Assembly (NCBI GenBank): GCA_951406725.2
Contig: OX597818.1
Span: 133,362,001-133,426,000 of the forward strand
Length of the DNA: 64,000 bases
Direction of reading: 5' to 3'
From: Octopus vulgaris
Lineage: Eukaryota
The number at the start of each line of letters is the position of its first letter. The first letter of the stretch is position 1. A program made the position numbers and the translations under genes. This document shows, piece after piece, positions 12,211 to 25,925 of this stretch. The notes beneath the pieces are model-generated. The model was not told the DNA's origin, did no database searches, and saw only the letters and a program-made list of their open reading frames with translations.

Positions 12211-12678
12211 CAACCCTTTAGCATTAAGATTATTCCGTCAAACGTAATGCTTAATTATTCACATTGTTTTGAATTGATCATGCATTATCTCATAGCTTCA
12301 AGATTTCAATGATGTGGTTGTTTATTTTTAGATTGACATTGTAAGGGAGGTGCAAGAGGCTGAATCTGGTAAGTTTGAACCTAAAACATATAGAGTATCT
12401 GGGCCTTATATGGCAGCGAGTTGGCAGAAACGTTAGCGCGCCGGGCGAAATGCTTAGCGGTATTTCGTCTGTCATTACGTTCTGAGTTCAAATTCCGCCA
12501 AGGTCAACTTTGCCTTTCATTCTTTCAGAGTCGATAAATAAAGTACCGGTTTCGCACTGGGGGCGATATAATCGACTCAATCCCTTCGTCTGTCCTTGTT
12601 TGTCCCCTCTATGTTCAGCCCCTTCTGGGCAGTAAAAAAATTTTTTAAATATATATATATATAAATGTTAAATGGTTC
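12211..12678. mobile_element. piggyBac-like MITE interrupted by a SINE C copy (12412-12640, +)
   Basis: AACCCTTTAGCATT left end, MITE body to ~12410, nested SINE C, then decayed right end TAAATGTTAAATGGTT at ~12662-12677. Confidence 0.7.
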
Positions 12679-13867
12679 ACATTGTCTTCTGCTACATATC
12701 ATATTGCAGAGACCAGACACTAAACTCAATATCACATTCAGCACCTGTTTATCACAAAGCTACTAAGATAATAGAAACGATGTGTAAAATGAGATTTGAA
12801 TAACTGAATCCAACAATCCCATAACCAGTATGCTCTCTGACTAGTAATTCAAAGAACACCCATGATAAAAGTCTTCATATTGAATATAAAACACTTAAAA
12901 TATATTGCCTCAAGTAAAATTGGATACCCTCTTCAAAGTAAATAGGGAAAAAAATCAGCAAGGTATTTCTGCTCAGAAAAGAGAGACTGCTGATAGCTAA
13001 AACCTAATTATAAGTAACTCCCTTTTTTTATTTATTTTTTTTTTTTGTTACTCTAGAGTAGAAATTGTTCCCTGCCATATTCACAGTTAATTGGAAATAG
13101 GAAGCAGCAATTAGTGGGAGTGGAAAGGTCAAATCTGTTAGCTAGTACAGCTATCTGCCTCAAGCTGATTAGTTGATTTCTCTCTGAGTCAGTTGAAAAG
13201 TCTGCAGATTAATACAACAATAATTTCTTAAAGAGTATTTAGGTTCCCCACCACTTTCAAAAGTTGAAAAAAAAAACAAAACAAGGAAATTACTCTATTG
13301 CCTATTTTAGCACAAGCAAAAGATTTCTGAAATTTAAATTTCTATTTAAAATGCCTAGAGCAAGAACTTAACAGTAGTTTTCATTCTGTCTAACAATTGC
13401 TAAATATACTCTGAAGATATGAACCAGCCATGCACTCACTGTAAGAATAGTTATGTGTGAATTAAAACAAAAGGATAAAAAACAGGAAAGGAAGAAATAA
13501 TATATTAAGTAAAGTAAATTTTTAAATATTAAAAAGAAATTAAGCCAAGCATTGAAAATACAAAGAAATTTTAGGCTATTTTTTATTACTTTAAATGAGA
13601 ATATTTTGAAATGGTAATACAGCCAAAGATGTGTATAAACATCCTTTAGAGAAAAAAACAAATTTGAAATAATTGCCTTTTCATTCTACCTCTTCAAGTA
13701 GCTACAACTAACTTGCATTTTGTTATGCCACACTGGAAATCTCTGTTCCACTTAATCTTTGGTAGGTTTTCAATTTAATATTGTGTGTCTGTGAAAATCA
13801 TCAATATAACTGTGTGCTCCTTCTCCTCCATTAGGTTGGGTAAACCTTCAAGGTATATCTGATATAT

Positions 13868-14098
13868 ATTTCTTTACTACCCACAAGGGGCTAAACACAG
13901 AGGAGACAAACAAGGACAGACAAATGGATTAAGTCGATTATATCGACCCTAGTGCATAACTGGTACTTTATTTATCGACCACGAAAGGTTGAAAGGCAAA
14001 GTCGACCTCGGTGGAATTTGAACTCAGAACGTAGCGGCAGACGAAATACCGCTCAGCATTTGACCCAGCGTGCTACCGATTCTGCCAGCTCGCCGCCT
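13868..14098 (-). mobile_element. SINE family C, young copy
   Basis: Family C sequence; TSD TATATCTGATATA on both sides. Confidence 0.85.
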
Positions 14099-14129
14099 TA
14101 ATATATCTGATATAGCCTGGTGTTCAGCA

Positions 14130-14930
14130 CTGTAACAGAAACCACCAGTCCCTCTTTTGAAGCCACACACTTTATCCAGCATTGTTTCCATTGATGGAAA
14201 CATTCCTAGAACCCCTTTTTGGGGATAGCAAGCAGCTGCCTCTCTGCAATCTCTTGAATATGCTCAACATCTTGAATTTTTTTACTTTTCAAGCAGGGGG
14301 ATGACTTTTGGAAAAAGGAAAAAGTTGAAAGGGACAAGATCTGGGGAATATGATGGTTGCTGGACCTGGAAAATGTTGTGCTTGGCCAGAAACTGCTGCA
14401 CAAGCTGTGCTGAATGGGCAGGTGTGTTGTCATGGTGAAGTTGCCACTCACTAGACACATACTATTCTGTCCCTTTTTGATGAACAGCATCCTGCAAATG
14501 CTGCAAGACAGCATTGCTGTACTCCTTGTTTACTGTCTGACCAGGCAGAGCATACGCATGGTGAACAATGCCCTTGTAACTGTAGATAACTGTCATTCGT
14601 TTTCTTTGGTCTCAGAGAGGTTGGAATCTTCCACTGTGAAGACTTGGCTTTAGTTTCAGTATCATAGCCAAAGACCCATGATTCAGTACTTGTTATGACA
14701 GTTTTCAAAAAACTTTTAATTTCTTCAACACAATAAAAGAGATCCTGAGCTTCCTTTAGGCCAACTGAAAGCAGTTTTGGCAAAGACTTGGCAAACACAT
14801 GTCTCATACCCAAATCTGCAGTGAGAATAGACTGAACTGAATCATAAGTAAAGTCCACTTCTTCCAACAACTCATGCATGATGATTCAAAAGTCTTTCCA
14901 AACAGCTGCAATGCTTTCATAAGTTCTCTG
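14130..14930 (-). pseudogene. Mariner transposase relic
   Basis: ILTADLGMRHVFAKSLPKLL (WVPHEL-region analogue), FLKTVITSTESWVFGYDTETKAKSSQW, HHDNTPAH and YSPDLVP motifs across frameshifts. Confidence 0.85.
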
Positions 14931-14978
14931 GTAGGTAGGTTCTAAAGTCACAACTCTGGCATTAAAATTGTATTTATA

Positions 14979-15131
14979 GGTGCAGGCATGGGTTTATGGT
15001 AAGAAGTTTGCTTCCCAACAACATGGTTCTGGGTTCAGTTCTACTGTGTGGCCTCTTTGGCAAGTGCCTCAGGCCAACTAAAGCATTGTGAATGGATTTC
15101 AAAGATGAAAACTGAAAGAAGCTCGTCGTTT

Positions 15132-15175
<44 letters not shown>
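14979..15175 (+). mobile_element. SINE family B, 5' half ending in (GT)n
   Basis: Diverged family B head and CORE-like segment. Confidence 0.7.
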
Positions 15176-15243
15176 CACAGCGGTTGGACAAAATTAATGG
15201 AAACACAAATTGTTAGAAAGGATCACACAAGTACAGCTCCCAA

Positions 15244-15471
15244 AATTACGCCACCCCACTGGCTAAGTGAGCAAGCCAACAGTAGAAAGAGTGAGAAAAA
15301 AAGTTGTGGTGAAAGAGTACAGCAGGGATCGCCACCACCACCCTGCCGGAGCCTCGTGGAGCTTTAGGTGTTTTCGCTCAATAAACACTCACAACGCCCA
15401 GTCTGGGAATCGAAACTGCGATCCTACGACTGCAAGTCTACTGCCCTAACCACTGGGCCATTGCGCCTCCA
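15244..15471 (-). mobile_element. SINE family A head/body with alternative 3' module
   Basis: Matches family A to ~15290, then continues with the sequence also seen at 63920-63960. Confidence 0.75.
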
Positions 15472-16189
15472 CACACACTCACACACACACACACACATAT
15501 ATATATTATATTTAGAGAATGAGAAAGAGAGAGAATTCAATGAGAGAAAGAGAGAGAGTGGAAGAGAGAAAGTGAGACAGCATGGGGGGGAAGTGTGTTT
15601 CATGTGATTATAGAAAATGAAATAGTTTTTCCTAATTCAAATTTACTTTTGCCCCAACCAGTATATGATGTTTAATTAACTAAGTACAAATTAAGACTAG
15701 GCAAAATAAAAATCCTAAATATTCCCAAATCCCTACAAAAGACCCAAAAATGCATTTTAAAAAGTATAGAGTTACTTAAAGAGAAGAATTGTCAACCCCT
15801 TAGTAATAATGGAAAAGTCATTAAATTCTAATGTGAACTAAATATGTTTAGTCTGTCAACTAAATCTTCGTTTTTCCAAAACTGCCCACATGGATTAGAA
15901 GCTGAGTCTAATTCAAAACTTTGTCTTGGTGGATAATCTTAAAGCCTTTGCATTTCTTTTTTTTTATTTTTATTTTTTTTTATTTTTTGTCTAGTACCAG
16001 TGCATTATAATCATGTCTAGCCTAATAAATTAAATTTATACGAAAATTTTTATTTGATCTCCCATTGATATCGTTATTTTCTTTTAATGCTAATACAACA
16101 AAACAACATCACATGATATTCATGATATGATGTAAATTAAATGAAATATATTTTTATTAGAGAAATTTTGTGTATATGTATCACTTTAC

Positions 16190-16201
16190 CTTGTAAATAC
16201 C
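16190..16201 (-). CDS. Candidate 12-nt microexon (GGTATTTACAAG)
   Basis: T-rich tract ending cttttacatag, donor aag|gtaaag; upstream tctctgctaat. Confidence 0.35.
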
Positions 16202-17173
16202 CTATGTAAAAGAAAAAAAGAAAATAAGCTGTTGTTTTTCTCAATTAGCAGAGAAAAGGAGTTGTCTTTGAGTAGAGATTTTCAAAAATATCCAGAAATA
16301 TTAAGTGATATTTTAAGTGCATATTTGTATTGGAAAGGAAATCAGAAATGAAAATCATAACTTTCTATTCTAAATATGCAAAAGAATATCTGATTAAAGT
16401 TGACTTTGATGTGTGATATTACAATACATATCAAAATAATTTGCCACTATATCCATAATGTCCTCCTTTTTATTTTTTTATTTTTCCACTCCAAGAAGTT
16501 TATTGCCACATCTCACAAATGTGTGAAGTTAGCATTAGGTCACCTACGTTTTTGCTTTAAGAACAGGTAGCAGAGGTGCTAACTTAATAGCAGGTGAGCT
16601 CATCTCACAAGCTTCTTGGGAGTGCCAATTTCACCTCTACTTTTTCAAGTGATAGACTTGATACATTGACTAACGAATCTAATATGCATTTTTTTTTTCA
16701 TTAATGCTTAAAATAATAATAACATCATGTTTTGACTAGTACTGTGATTTTTCATTTATTTATATATTTTATTTAAGATATAGCACTTTGAAAAGTTAGA
16801 TATTAGAGAAAGTTAGAATAATAAAGTAAATAAAGTCACCACCAATACTAAATGAATACAATTAGTGATGATATAATGAAATGAAAGAAAAAAAACCTAG
16901 ATGTTAGGATCATGAACTTTGTCAGAAATGGGAACTGCTGTTTAAAAGGAAAGAAAAGAAGAGAATCTATCCAAGAATATTTCATAGACAAAGACACAAT
17001 TTGGTAAGCCTCACCCGCATCGTCATCACTGGCAACACCACAGCCATACCCAACAATCATGAATAATTGATCAATTAATTAATCTCACTATTTTGCAGCT
17101 TAACTGAACACTTTTGATAATCTCTGAGGCATTGATTTTAGTACACAAACATTCTAACGAATAATAAACTCAC

Positions 17174-17233
17174 TAAATACTCAAATCTATTTTAGCATCA
17201 GAGATTTTTTTCCCTGATAATCGCATGCCGATG
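17174..17233 (-). CDS. Candidate 60-nt exon (IGMRLSGKKISDAKIDLSI)
   Basis: Acceptor ttatttgttttatattactttttcag, donor |gtgagt; only the phase 2->2 frame is open. Confidence 0.45.
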
Positions 17234-17489
17234 CTGAAAAAGTAATATAAAACAAATAATAGCATTAGGTAACATTTAATGCTTTTTCCCCAAATAAATA
17301 TTTTAAACATAAGGCCTTCTTTCATTAGCAAGTCAGCAGGGACTTTTGTCCTTTGAAAAGAATCATTAAAATTTACAAAGAACAAAATTATCAACAAAAC
17401 TTAATAACTGTTATCAAATATTCCATATCATATAATTTATAATACATATCAAGTTTTCTAAGTACTCCAGATAAAAGATATTGTGCCTA

Positions 17490-17825
<336 letters not shown>

Positions 17826-18137
17826 CACAAGCACAAAATCCCTGTTTATAATGATTTTAACCTACCCAGATGACAGTGGCAGGAAAGAGATTGTGTTTCT
17901 TTGCATGAATCACACTCATTCATATTCATATGTCTCATAAATGGATAGTAAATACACACAAGAGAAAAGGTGAATGTATATTATAGCCTGTCCACATGCA
18001 TATGTGTATGAATATATAAATACCTGGAAGTATTCTAGTTAGTGTGTGGGTTAATAGCATAGTGATACAATGATTTAATTCCACTGTCAAAGTGGTTGTG
18101 TGCATATTTGTTTAAACATTATTCTATATTCTATAAG

Positions 18138-18220
<83 letters not shown>

Positions 18221-19623
18221 GCACGCACATACACATTCATGCCCACATACACACAGGGATACTATCAGCTATTATGGTAATAACTATGGTGATGCATGAG
18301 TGATCTCAACCAGCATTTTACTATACGTATAAATATATAAAGCGATAAACAGAGGCATGTAAGGCAGTATTGAGGTATGCTACAATATCATGTGGATTAT
18401 CTCATGTATGAGTTTTGCATGGTTTCTTGACAAACTGTTGCTTAGGGTCACATGTACATCACCATGACTAATACCATAGCAGGTGACAGTACCTCTATGT
18501 CTTTGTGTGGTTGTTGACAGGAGTGGACCCAGTTTAAAATTAACCGGTTCAATTCTCTAAAAACGAATTTACTGGCAAAAGATAGTAATGTGGAAGACTA
18601 TATGACAGGGAAGCAAATAGATGAAACATGTTAGTGTAAAAAACTGGCAAATTATAGTAAGATCTGAAGTTCTCATAAGTGCAGAAAGATGAGAGGTAAG
18701 ATCTTACAATGGTGAAGAATGGTGTTTATTTCGTAGTGAGAATGTCATAAATATAAACTTTATTTGATGAAAACCTGAAGAGATCAATCCTTAATTTGAA
18801 TCTAGAAGTTTGCGCTGATTCAAAGTTTGCGCTGATCATATAATAGAGGGAAGGGATATTTGAAACCATAGGTGCAGACAAGTCAATACTGTATTTATGA
18901 ATACCATTGTCCTTCAGATACAGGATGTGGTTGGAGAGGATTGTACTTCTTTTTTCTTTCATGTTTAAATGAAAATATTGCTAGTTCTACTTGGATTTCA
19001 AAGTAATATTTTTAAAGCCAACAAAACTACTTTTATCATTATAGGCTGAGACCTTTGTATAGCATATAACAATTTTTATGAAGATATTTACTATTTAGGA
19101 GATGGGTATAGCAAGCAAGTAAATGGATTGTGGGTTCAAATTTTGTTTATGTATAAATTTCTCTTATATTAATTCTAGCTAAGAAAAGGAATTATCAGTA
19201 CAATTGTAACTCAGAATAATGCTATTAATTTTTAAAATTTTATTAAACTTAGAAGGAAAATGTTTGTTCATCAAAAGACTAAGAGAGAACAATACTGGAG
19301 CAGACATTGAAGCCAAATAGTGGATTATACCATATAAGCTTCTTTTTGCTGTTATTATTTAGGTAAAGTTCAGGGAAAGAACTACATCTGTTCTTCTGTG
19401 AACACAAATTAAAAATCAATAACCATGTTTCGGATTTAAATTTCTAAGATATAACTCAAAATAATTCTTTATACTACACTTAGTATAAGCAAAATCAAAA
19501 TCTCAACTGTTTCCTTCACCAATCAAACCACTCCAAAAATTTCATAATATTGTCAAAACCATACCTTTGCAATTTTTTTTTTCATACCTAATTACTAATA
19601 AGCAAATATTTAATGACACTGAT

Positions 19624-19652
<29 letters not shown>

Positions 19653-19654
<2 letters not shown>

Positions 19655-19807
19655 TATATAATAAGGGTTCAGCAACGATTAGCTTCACCACAGACCAAAG
19701 CACAGAAATAGTAGTCAAAATCCTAGCTATTCTCTCTACTTTTGACTGCTATTTCTGTGCTTCGGTGTGTGGTGAAGCAAACTGTTGCTGAACTCTTATT
19801 ATATAGT
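19653..19807. repeat. 155-bp fold-back (palindromic MITE-like) element
   Basis: Arms of ~68 bp (ACTATATAATAAG...CACAGAAATAG.AGTCAAAA) are near-perfect reverse complements around a ~18-nt loop. Confidence 0.85.
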
Positions 19808-20875
19808 ATTACTTGAACTTACCATAAAATAGTTTTTCTCATACCGAATTCTACTTGGTGAAATTACGAATTACTTCTTAATTAATTAATTTCACCCTTT
19901 GTTATTACGTTTAACGTCCGTTCTCCATGCTAGCATGGGTTGGACGGTTCGACCGGGGATCTGGGAAGCCAGAAGGCTGCCTCAAGCTCCAGTCTTATCT
20001 GGCAATGTTTCTACAGCTGGATGCCCTTCCTAACGCCAACCACTCTGTATATATATATATATACTGTAAAAACTCATGTGATTTACGCATTTTTTTGCAA
20101 AAATAAAAATATTTTGCCAAAATAAAAATAAACTTTAGTAGGTGCATAAACTACATGAGTTGATCATTTCCAGATTTTTTTTAGAATTTTTTTAAATTGA
20201 AAAATGACATACAAATGTAAACATTCATACAGGAAGTTGACTCATTTAATGTCAGAATAGGTTTTTACAAAAAAAAATATAATGAAGTTGACTTTTATTT
20301 ATGCTGGACAGTATAATGCTTACTTTTTCTGCATAAATTTACTGAAACCATTAAATGGTTAACTACTTTTTGAAGTTTGACGTTCATATTTGTAATCATG
20401 GTCTGGGCCATATTTTACATTGCTTGGAGTTTCTACCTATCGCAATGGAGCCCAGCAATTTCCTTAAATAGATCAGTTTTTCTCCGCTTAAGAAGTCTAG
20501 CTTGTGTTTGCTTCCAGGAAACTATTGCTCACATTCTCCACATTAGGACAACGAAATCCATCACCGCTGACATCGCCACAACCAGCTCTTACTGCATCTA
20601 ACACCGATGACAACATAATTCATCCTTGTGCATATAAACTCACCAAATGAATATGACTTAGTATTCCTATAGAAACCTTCTTTTACCTTATACGATGTTT
20701 AATGTTGTCTCACATTCATGTTGAATTATGCAGCAATCTTATGTTCACTTCATAGAACATTTGTACTGTATGTATTATCAGTTCTTTTAGTATAGTAGAT
20801 TTTTGCTATTCTTGTTTATGTCTCTTCACAGACGTGTATATTCTAACAAGTCACACCTTAAATTTCGCACCTCTC

Positions 20876-21717
20876 TTGTTAGTTTGTTAGTTTGTTAGTT
20901 AATTTGGCTCAAAAGCAAATAGCAAGGCCATGTAGGGGGACATGAAGTTAAGTACAGGGTGGTGTTCATGCAAAGAGTTCAGGCCACTTGAGGTCAAGGG
21001 AGACTTTGAACAAAGCGGTCGTCGGCATCTTCACCATCTCATCTGACAGCTTGTTCCACGGATCCGCAACCCGGACGGACAAAGTTCCTCTCCTTCGATT
21101 GAGATGAAATCGTCGCAGGTAGAGCTTTTCGGAATGACCCCGCAGCCGACGCTCTGGAGCAGGAGTGAAGAACAGCTCTTTTGAGAGGTTACACTTTCCG
21201 CTTATGATGTTGTGAGCAAGAATGAGATCACCACGGTGGCAACGTTTTTCTAGAGAATAAAGGTCGGGCGTCCTCAGCCTTTCTTCATAGGACAAATTTT
21301 TGAGACCATGAACCATGCGGGTAGCCAGCTTCTGGACTCTTTCAAGATGCTGTATGTCTTTGAGGAGATAAGGAGAAGAGGCTTGAATCCCGTACTCCAA
21401 TATGGGTCTCACCAGCGTGACATAGAGTGGTAGGAATATGGCTGCTGTGAGCATTCCGAATGACCATCGAATCAAGAACAGAATTCCGCGTGCTTTGTTG
21501 GCAGCATGGACGCACTGGGCCGAAGGCGAAAAGGAGGAATCCACCAAGATACCCAGGTCCTTTACCTGATCGGTCCTCTCCAGCAGCAGACGACCCAGCT
21601 CAAAATCAAGTTGAGTTGCAGGAGGAGAGCCAACATGCAGATGACAGCACTTTGACACGTTCAGACACAGGTCCCATTTGTTAGACCACCTCCAAATTTG
21701 GTGGAGGCATCGACAAA
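20876..21717 (-). mobile_element. 5'-truncated CR1-clade LINE: ORF2 C-terminus, 3' UTR and 8-bp repeat tail
   Basis: Stop-free 230-aa ORF (20966-21658) with KDLGILVD, LYVTLVRPILEY, LERVQKLATRMV, SYEERL, RGDLI and LRGH motifs; tail (AACTAACA)n at ~20876-20900. Confidence 0.92.
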
Positions 21718-22289
21718 CACTGAGTTAAACTTGCAAAGCTGTTTATTTTCTCCTTTTGATTTTTAATGTTTATTTTAGTGGATTACCAAACTATCAGTTT
21801 GGTTTCCTGGCTAAAATGGTAATGACAAATTTTATAGTTTGCTTGACATTTCATAAGTGTGAAAGGGATTAAAATTTTGATACTCTGTATCAAAGGTTCC
21901 AACAAGAATAGGCAGAAAATCAGAGCTTGAGACAAGAAGACACTTTCGACCAATCAGAATTCTGTTTACATATTCAGTTTGATCGGTTACCTTCCTCTGT
22001 CGGTTCAGTAAAGTGTCATCCAAACTGAAAGAAGCCCATCATGTGTATGTGTGAAAGTGTGTGTGTGTGCCTTTGTGTCTGTGTTCATCCCCAACCACCA
22101 CTAGACGACCAGTGCTGGTGTGTTTACGTCCCTGTAACTTAGTGGTTTGGCAAAAAGAGACTGATAGAATAAGTACCAGGCTTTAAAAAACACTAAGTAC
22201 TGGGGTCTATTAATTTGACTAAAAGCCTTTCCAAAACAGTACTCCAGCATGGCCACCATCTAAGGACTGAAACAAGTGAAAGATAAAAG

Positions 22290-22346
<57 letters not shown>

Positions 22347-23601
22347 CATACACAGTGAAGGTACATATATTTTGGTCACTGAATTTAAAATAGTAGACAA
22401 AAAGTAATAGAGCATCTAACTTTGGTACAAAGAATTCGGAAGGAAAAACAAAAAAAAGAACAAAAAAAACTAGGAATAGTATTTTTGCTTGGAAAGTTTC
22501 TGCTATCAAAAATATAATTGTTGATAATTGATTTTCAGCTATTTAGTTAGGTTTACTAATTTGAGATCTGCTGAATCAAAATCAAGACTTCTAAAATAAA
22601 AATTTTCCTTCCTTCTTTTGCTTTTTAGTTTTCTTTTTATTATTCATATTTATTTTTTTTACTTGATATTTCAAGTTTTCAATGCCATATTTAATTATCT
22701 AATAGATTTTCTTCCAAAGTTACACCTACAAATATTTTCCATCCTACTTCTGACACCTAGAATCTTTACCACAAATGATAATTTCATGAATATATAATTA
22801 TCACATAATTTCTTTATCCTTATGAGGAAATAATAGCATACCATTTACCAAAAGATGAGAACAACCCTTTTACTTATGACACCTAAGATTTTAGTCGAGG
22901 CTTTGGTAATGTGTTAATAGGATCTTATTTGTAAATGCACACAAATATCATTATAGATTGTTTGTTTAAATCCAAAAATAAGAATTTAAAAATGTAAAGA
23001 ATTCATTTCCAAATTATCAATTGTCATTGAATGAGTTTCTCATAGATATTTGTTAGATAGTCAAACATGACATGACAAACTAGCTACAAACTTTGAACCC
23101 AAATCTCATTTTCTTTACCCTATATCTCTTCTTTGTTACTGCAATGTCCTATGGCTTTTTTTACACCTTCTTGACCAGTGTTGTATTCACTTTAAAACGT
23201 ACCTACCATACCTATATCAATTCGCATTATCGCTTTTGTCTTAATTTATTTACGGAACCTGAATCCACCATCCCTATAATTCTATTTCTTTAAACACCCA
23301 TTCCCATGTATAATATATTTCCTCCATATCAGTGACTTCCCTCTGAGATGGTTGGTTGAGACACTTCACACCTTTCATTCACAATGTGTCTTTTATTTTC
23401 TCACAGTAAAAATTCCATTCTTATTCTGAAGCCTTGAAGCTATATTCATGCAGAGCAAACAATAGCCAAGCAAAAAAGTATTGAGAAAATTAACAAATTT
23501 ATATCTTACAATATTTCTTTTCTTGGGGGAGGGGTATTGTCTAGGATATCTGTATATAAAGTAGTGGCACTGTACAAGATGTGGGAGAATATCATCATTT
23601 A

Positions 23602-23877
23602 TCATCATCATCATCGTTTAACGTCCGTTTTCCGCGCTAGCACAGGTTGGACGGTTCGACCGGGGTCTGGGAAGCCAGGGGCTGCACCAGGCTCCAGTCT
23701 GATCTGGCAGTGTTTCTACAGCTAGATGCCCTTCCTAACGCCAACCACTCCGCGAGTGTAGTGGGTGCTTTTTACGTGCCACCTGCATAGGTGCCAGGGG
23801 TGTCTGGCATCGGCCATGATCGGTTGGTGCTTTTAACGTGCCACTGGCACGGAAGCCAGCCAAGGTGGTGCTGGCAT
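23602..23877 (-). mobile_element. RTE LINE 3' UTR fragment with (GAT)n tail
   Basis: Same sequence as the 3' end of the RTE at 45780-46100; similar fragments at 19909-20046, 26100-26400, 33073-33180, 48770-48960, 58663-59070, 62455-62632. Confidence 0.8.
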
Positions 23878-24850
23878 AAAATATCTTACAATTAAATCTA
23901 AAGACCAAGTCAGACTAGAGACCAATGCAACAGAGCTAATAATCCTTTCTACTAAGGCACAAGGCCTGAAATTTGGTGGCAGGGGACTAATCAATTGCAT
24001 TGACCCCAGTGCGTAACTGGTACTTAATTTATCGACCCTGAAAGGATGAAAGGCAAAGTCAACCTTGGCAGAATTTGAACTGAGAATGTAGCAGCAAATG
24101 AAATACCACTAAGCATTTCACCTGGTGTGCTAATGATTCTGCCAGCTTGCCACCTTTATATATATGACAGGCTTCTTAAAGTTTCCATCCATCAAATCCT
24201 CTCACATGGCTTTGGTCAGCCTGAGGCTAAAGTAGAAGACACTTGTTCAAAGTGTCATGCAGTGAGACTGAATCCAGGACCATATGGTTGGGAAGAAAAT
24301 TGCTTACTGGACAGCCACACCTGTACCTATAACAGGGTTAACAATAAGATATATAAATAAGAGTTTGATTAGGAACAAATTCCTATATTTTGTGCAGGGA
24401 AATATGAAATACTTTACCAAGAGCATATTTGCTTTATCTAGAAATACTAGGCTTTGCCATAACTGATTATCTTTCCTGACAGTCTTCAACATAGAAAAGA
24501 CTGTAATGGTTGGTCTTTCTCTTCAGAACTAGAAAATACTCCTACAATTATCCACTTTATATAGAGCTTATAAGAGAGCTATATAAGAATACTTCTCCCA
24601 CATCTTGAACAGTGTCACTCCTATATATACAGGTATCCTAGACAATACCCTTCCCCCAAGTAAAGAAATCCACATAGTTTCAATCCACTATGCTTTGGGA
24701 TAAAATCTCTAGAATCACCTTGGCCTTTCTGGTCTTTTAGAAAATGTATATGGTTAAGGTTGATTCAGTTGACCATACTCATCCACCACAAATGGCTAAT
24801 GTGAAAAAATCCATATCTTTCACTACAAGTTGATACACACTCATATATAC

Positions 24851-24892
<42 letters not shown>

Positions 24893-24894
24893 TA

Positions 24895-25925
24895 TGCACC
24901 CTTTTTCTAGTTGTACTTTGTTCTTAACATTTGGGTCAAGAAGCTTTTCATGAGTGGACCTCATTGTTGCTAAAAGCACCTTTATCACTGTATTATTGGA
25001 ATCAAACCCATCTTGGTGTTGTCTTCTCTTAAAACCTAATACCTCTGATCCCATTTTATATATTCCATCACAGAAAGATTGCCATGAACCTTCAAAATGA
25101 ACATTGCTGCATCTCTTCTGAAACAACTGCAGAACTTGTGGTTGTTTTAGCTGCTCTACATTAATCTTCTTTGGTACTCATACACCAGCACTACGAATCT
25201 TCTTACGGAACCTAAACTTGAACTTGGCCCTAAACATTTTGTGATCAGTATCCCAATCAGCACCTTGCAATGCTCTGAGACTGCTCAAATCTTGTAAGTT
25301 AGTTTTCCAAGTTAATACAAAGTCAATCATGTGACCTTGCTTTGATCTTGGGTGAATCCAGGTAACTTTATGTTTCATCTTGTGATGAAAGAAAGTATTC
25401 CCAACAACCAACCCTAGCTCAGAGCACATTTGTAGCAGATGCAACCCATTGTTGTTCACCTTTCCTATTCCATAATGCCCAAGTACATTCCAAGCAACAT
25501 AGTCTCTACCAAGACATGCATTAAAGTCACCAAGCACAACCAACTTCTCATTCAAAGGGACTGGCAGAATACTTCTTCTAAGCTCCTCATAAAATGCATA
25601 TATGTTCCTCACTAGCTGAAAGTGTAGGAGCATAAATAGAGAAAACAGTTACAAAATGTCCACAAGAAAGAGGGATTCAGAGTTTCATTATGTGTGTATT
25701 TATGCTTTATGGTTGTTCTAGATCTTTTAGCAAATCACTTCTAATTGCAAACCCAGCACCACCTTCCCTTTTTTCACCCTTCGGTTTCCCAACCCTGAAT
25801 AATGTGAAACCTGCTACTCTTTCGATAAGGTGATCTTCATCTGAAAATCTTGTTTCAGAAAGAGCTGCAATATCAACATTAAGAAGTTTTGATTTGTTTA
25901 CATCCTGCTGCTTAGCAGTTCTCAT
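24895..25925 (-). pseudogene. RTE-clade (BovB-like) LINE apurinic-endonuclease domain relic
   Basis: VDIAALSETR, EGGAGFAIR, LVVLGDFNA, NNNGLHLLQMC, TWIHPRSKQGHMIDFVL and TDHKM motifs across ORFs 25707-25925, 25178-25633 and 24779-25126. Confidence 0.9.

Noticed and set aside
13373-13438. 66-nt minus-strand exon candidate with good acceptor
   Set aside because: Weak donor (gttaag) and a stop in the phase-2 frame used by the other candidates.
16907-17002. Plus-strand exon-like stretch MNFVRNGNCCLKGKKRRESIQEYFIDKDTI followed by gtaag
   Set aside because: No compatible downstream plus-strand exon found and other splice signals favour the minus strand; not fully excluded.
20062-20160. Possible pogo-like transposon end (ACTCATGTGATTTACGCA ... 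TGCATAAACTACATGAGT)
   Set aside because: No matching second end or transposase motif identified.
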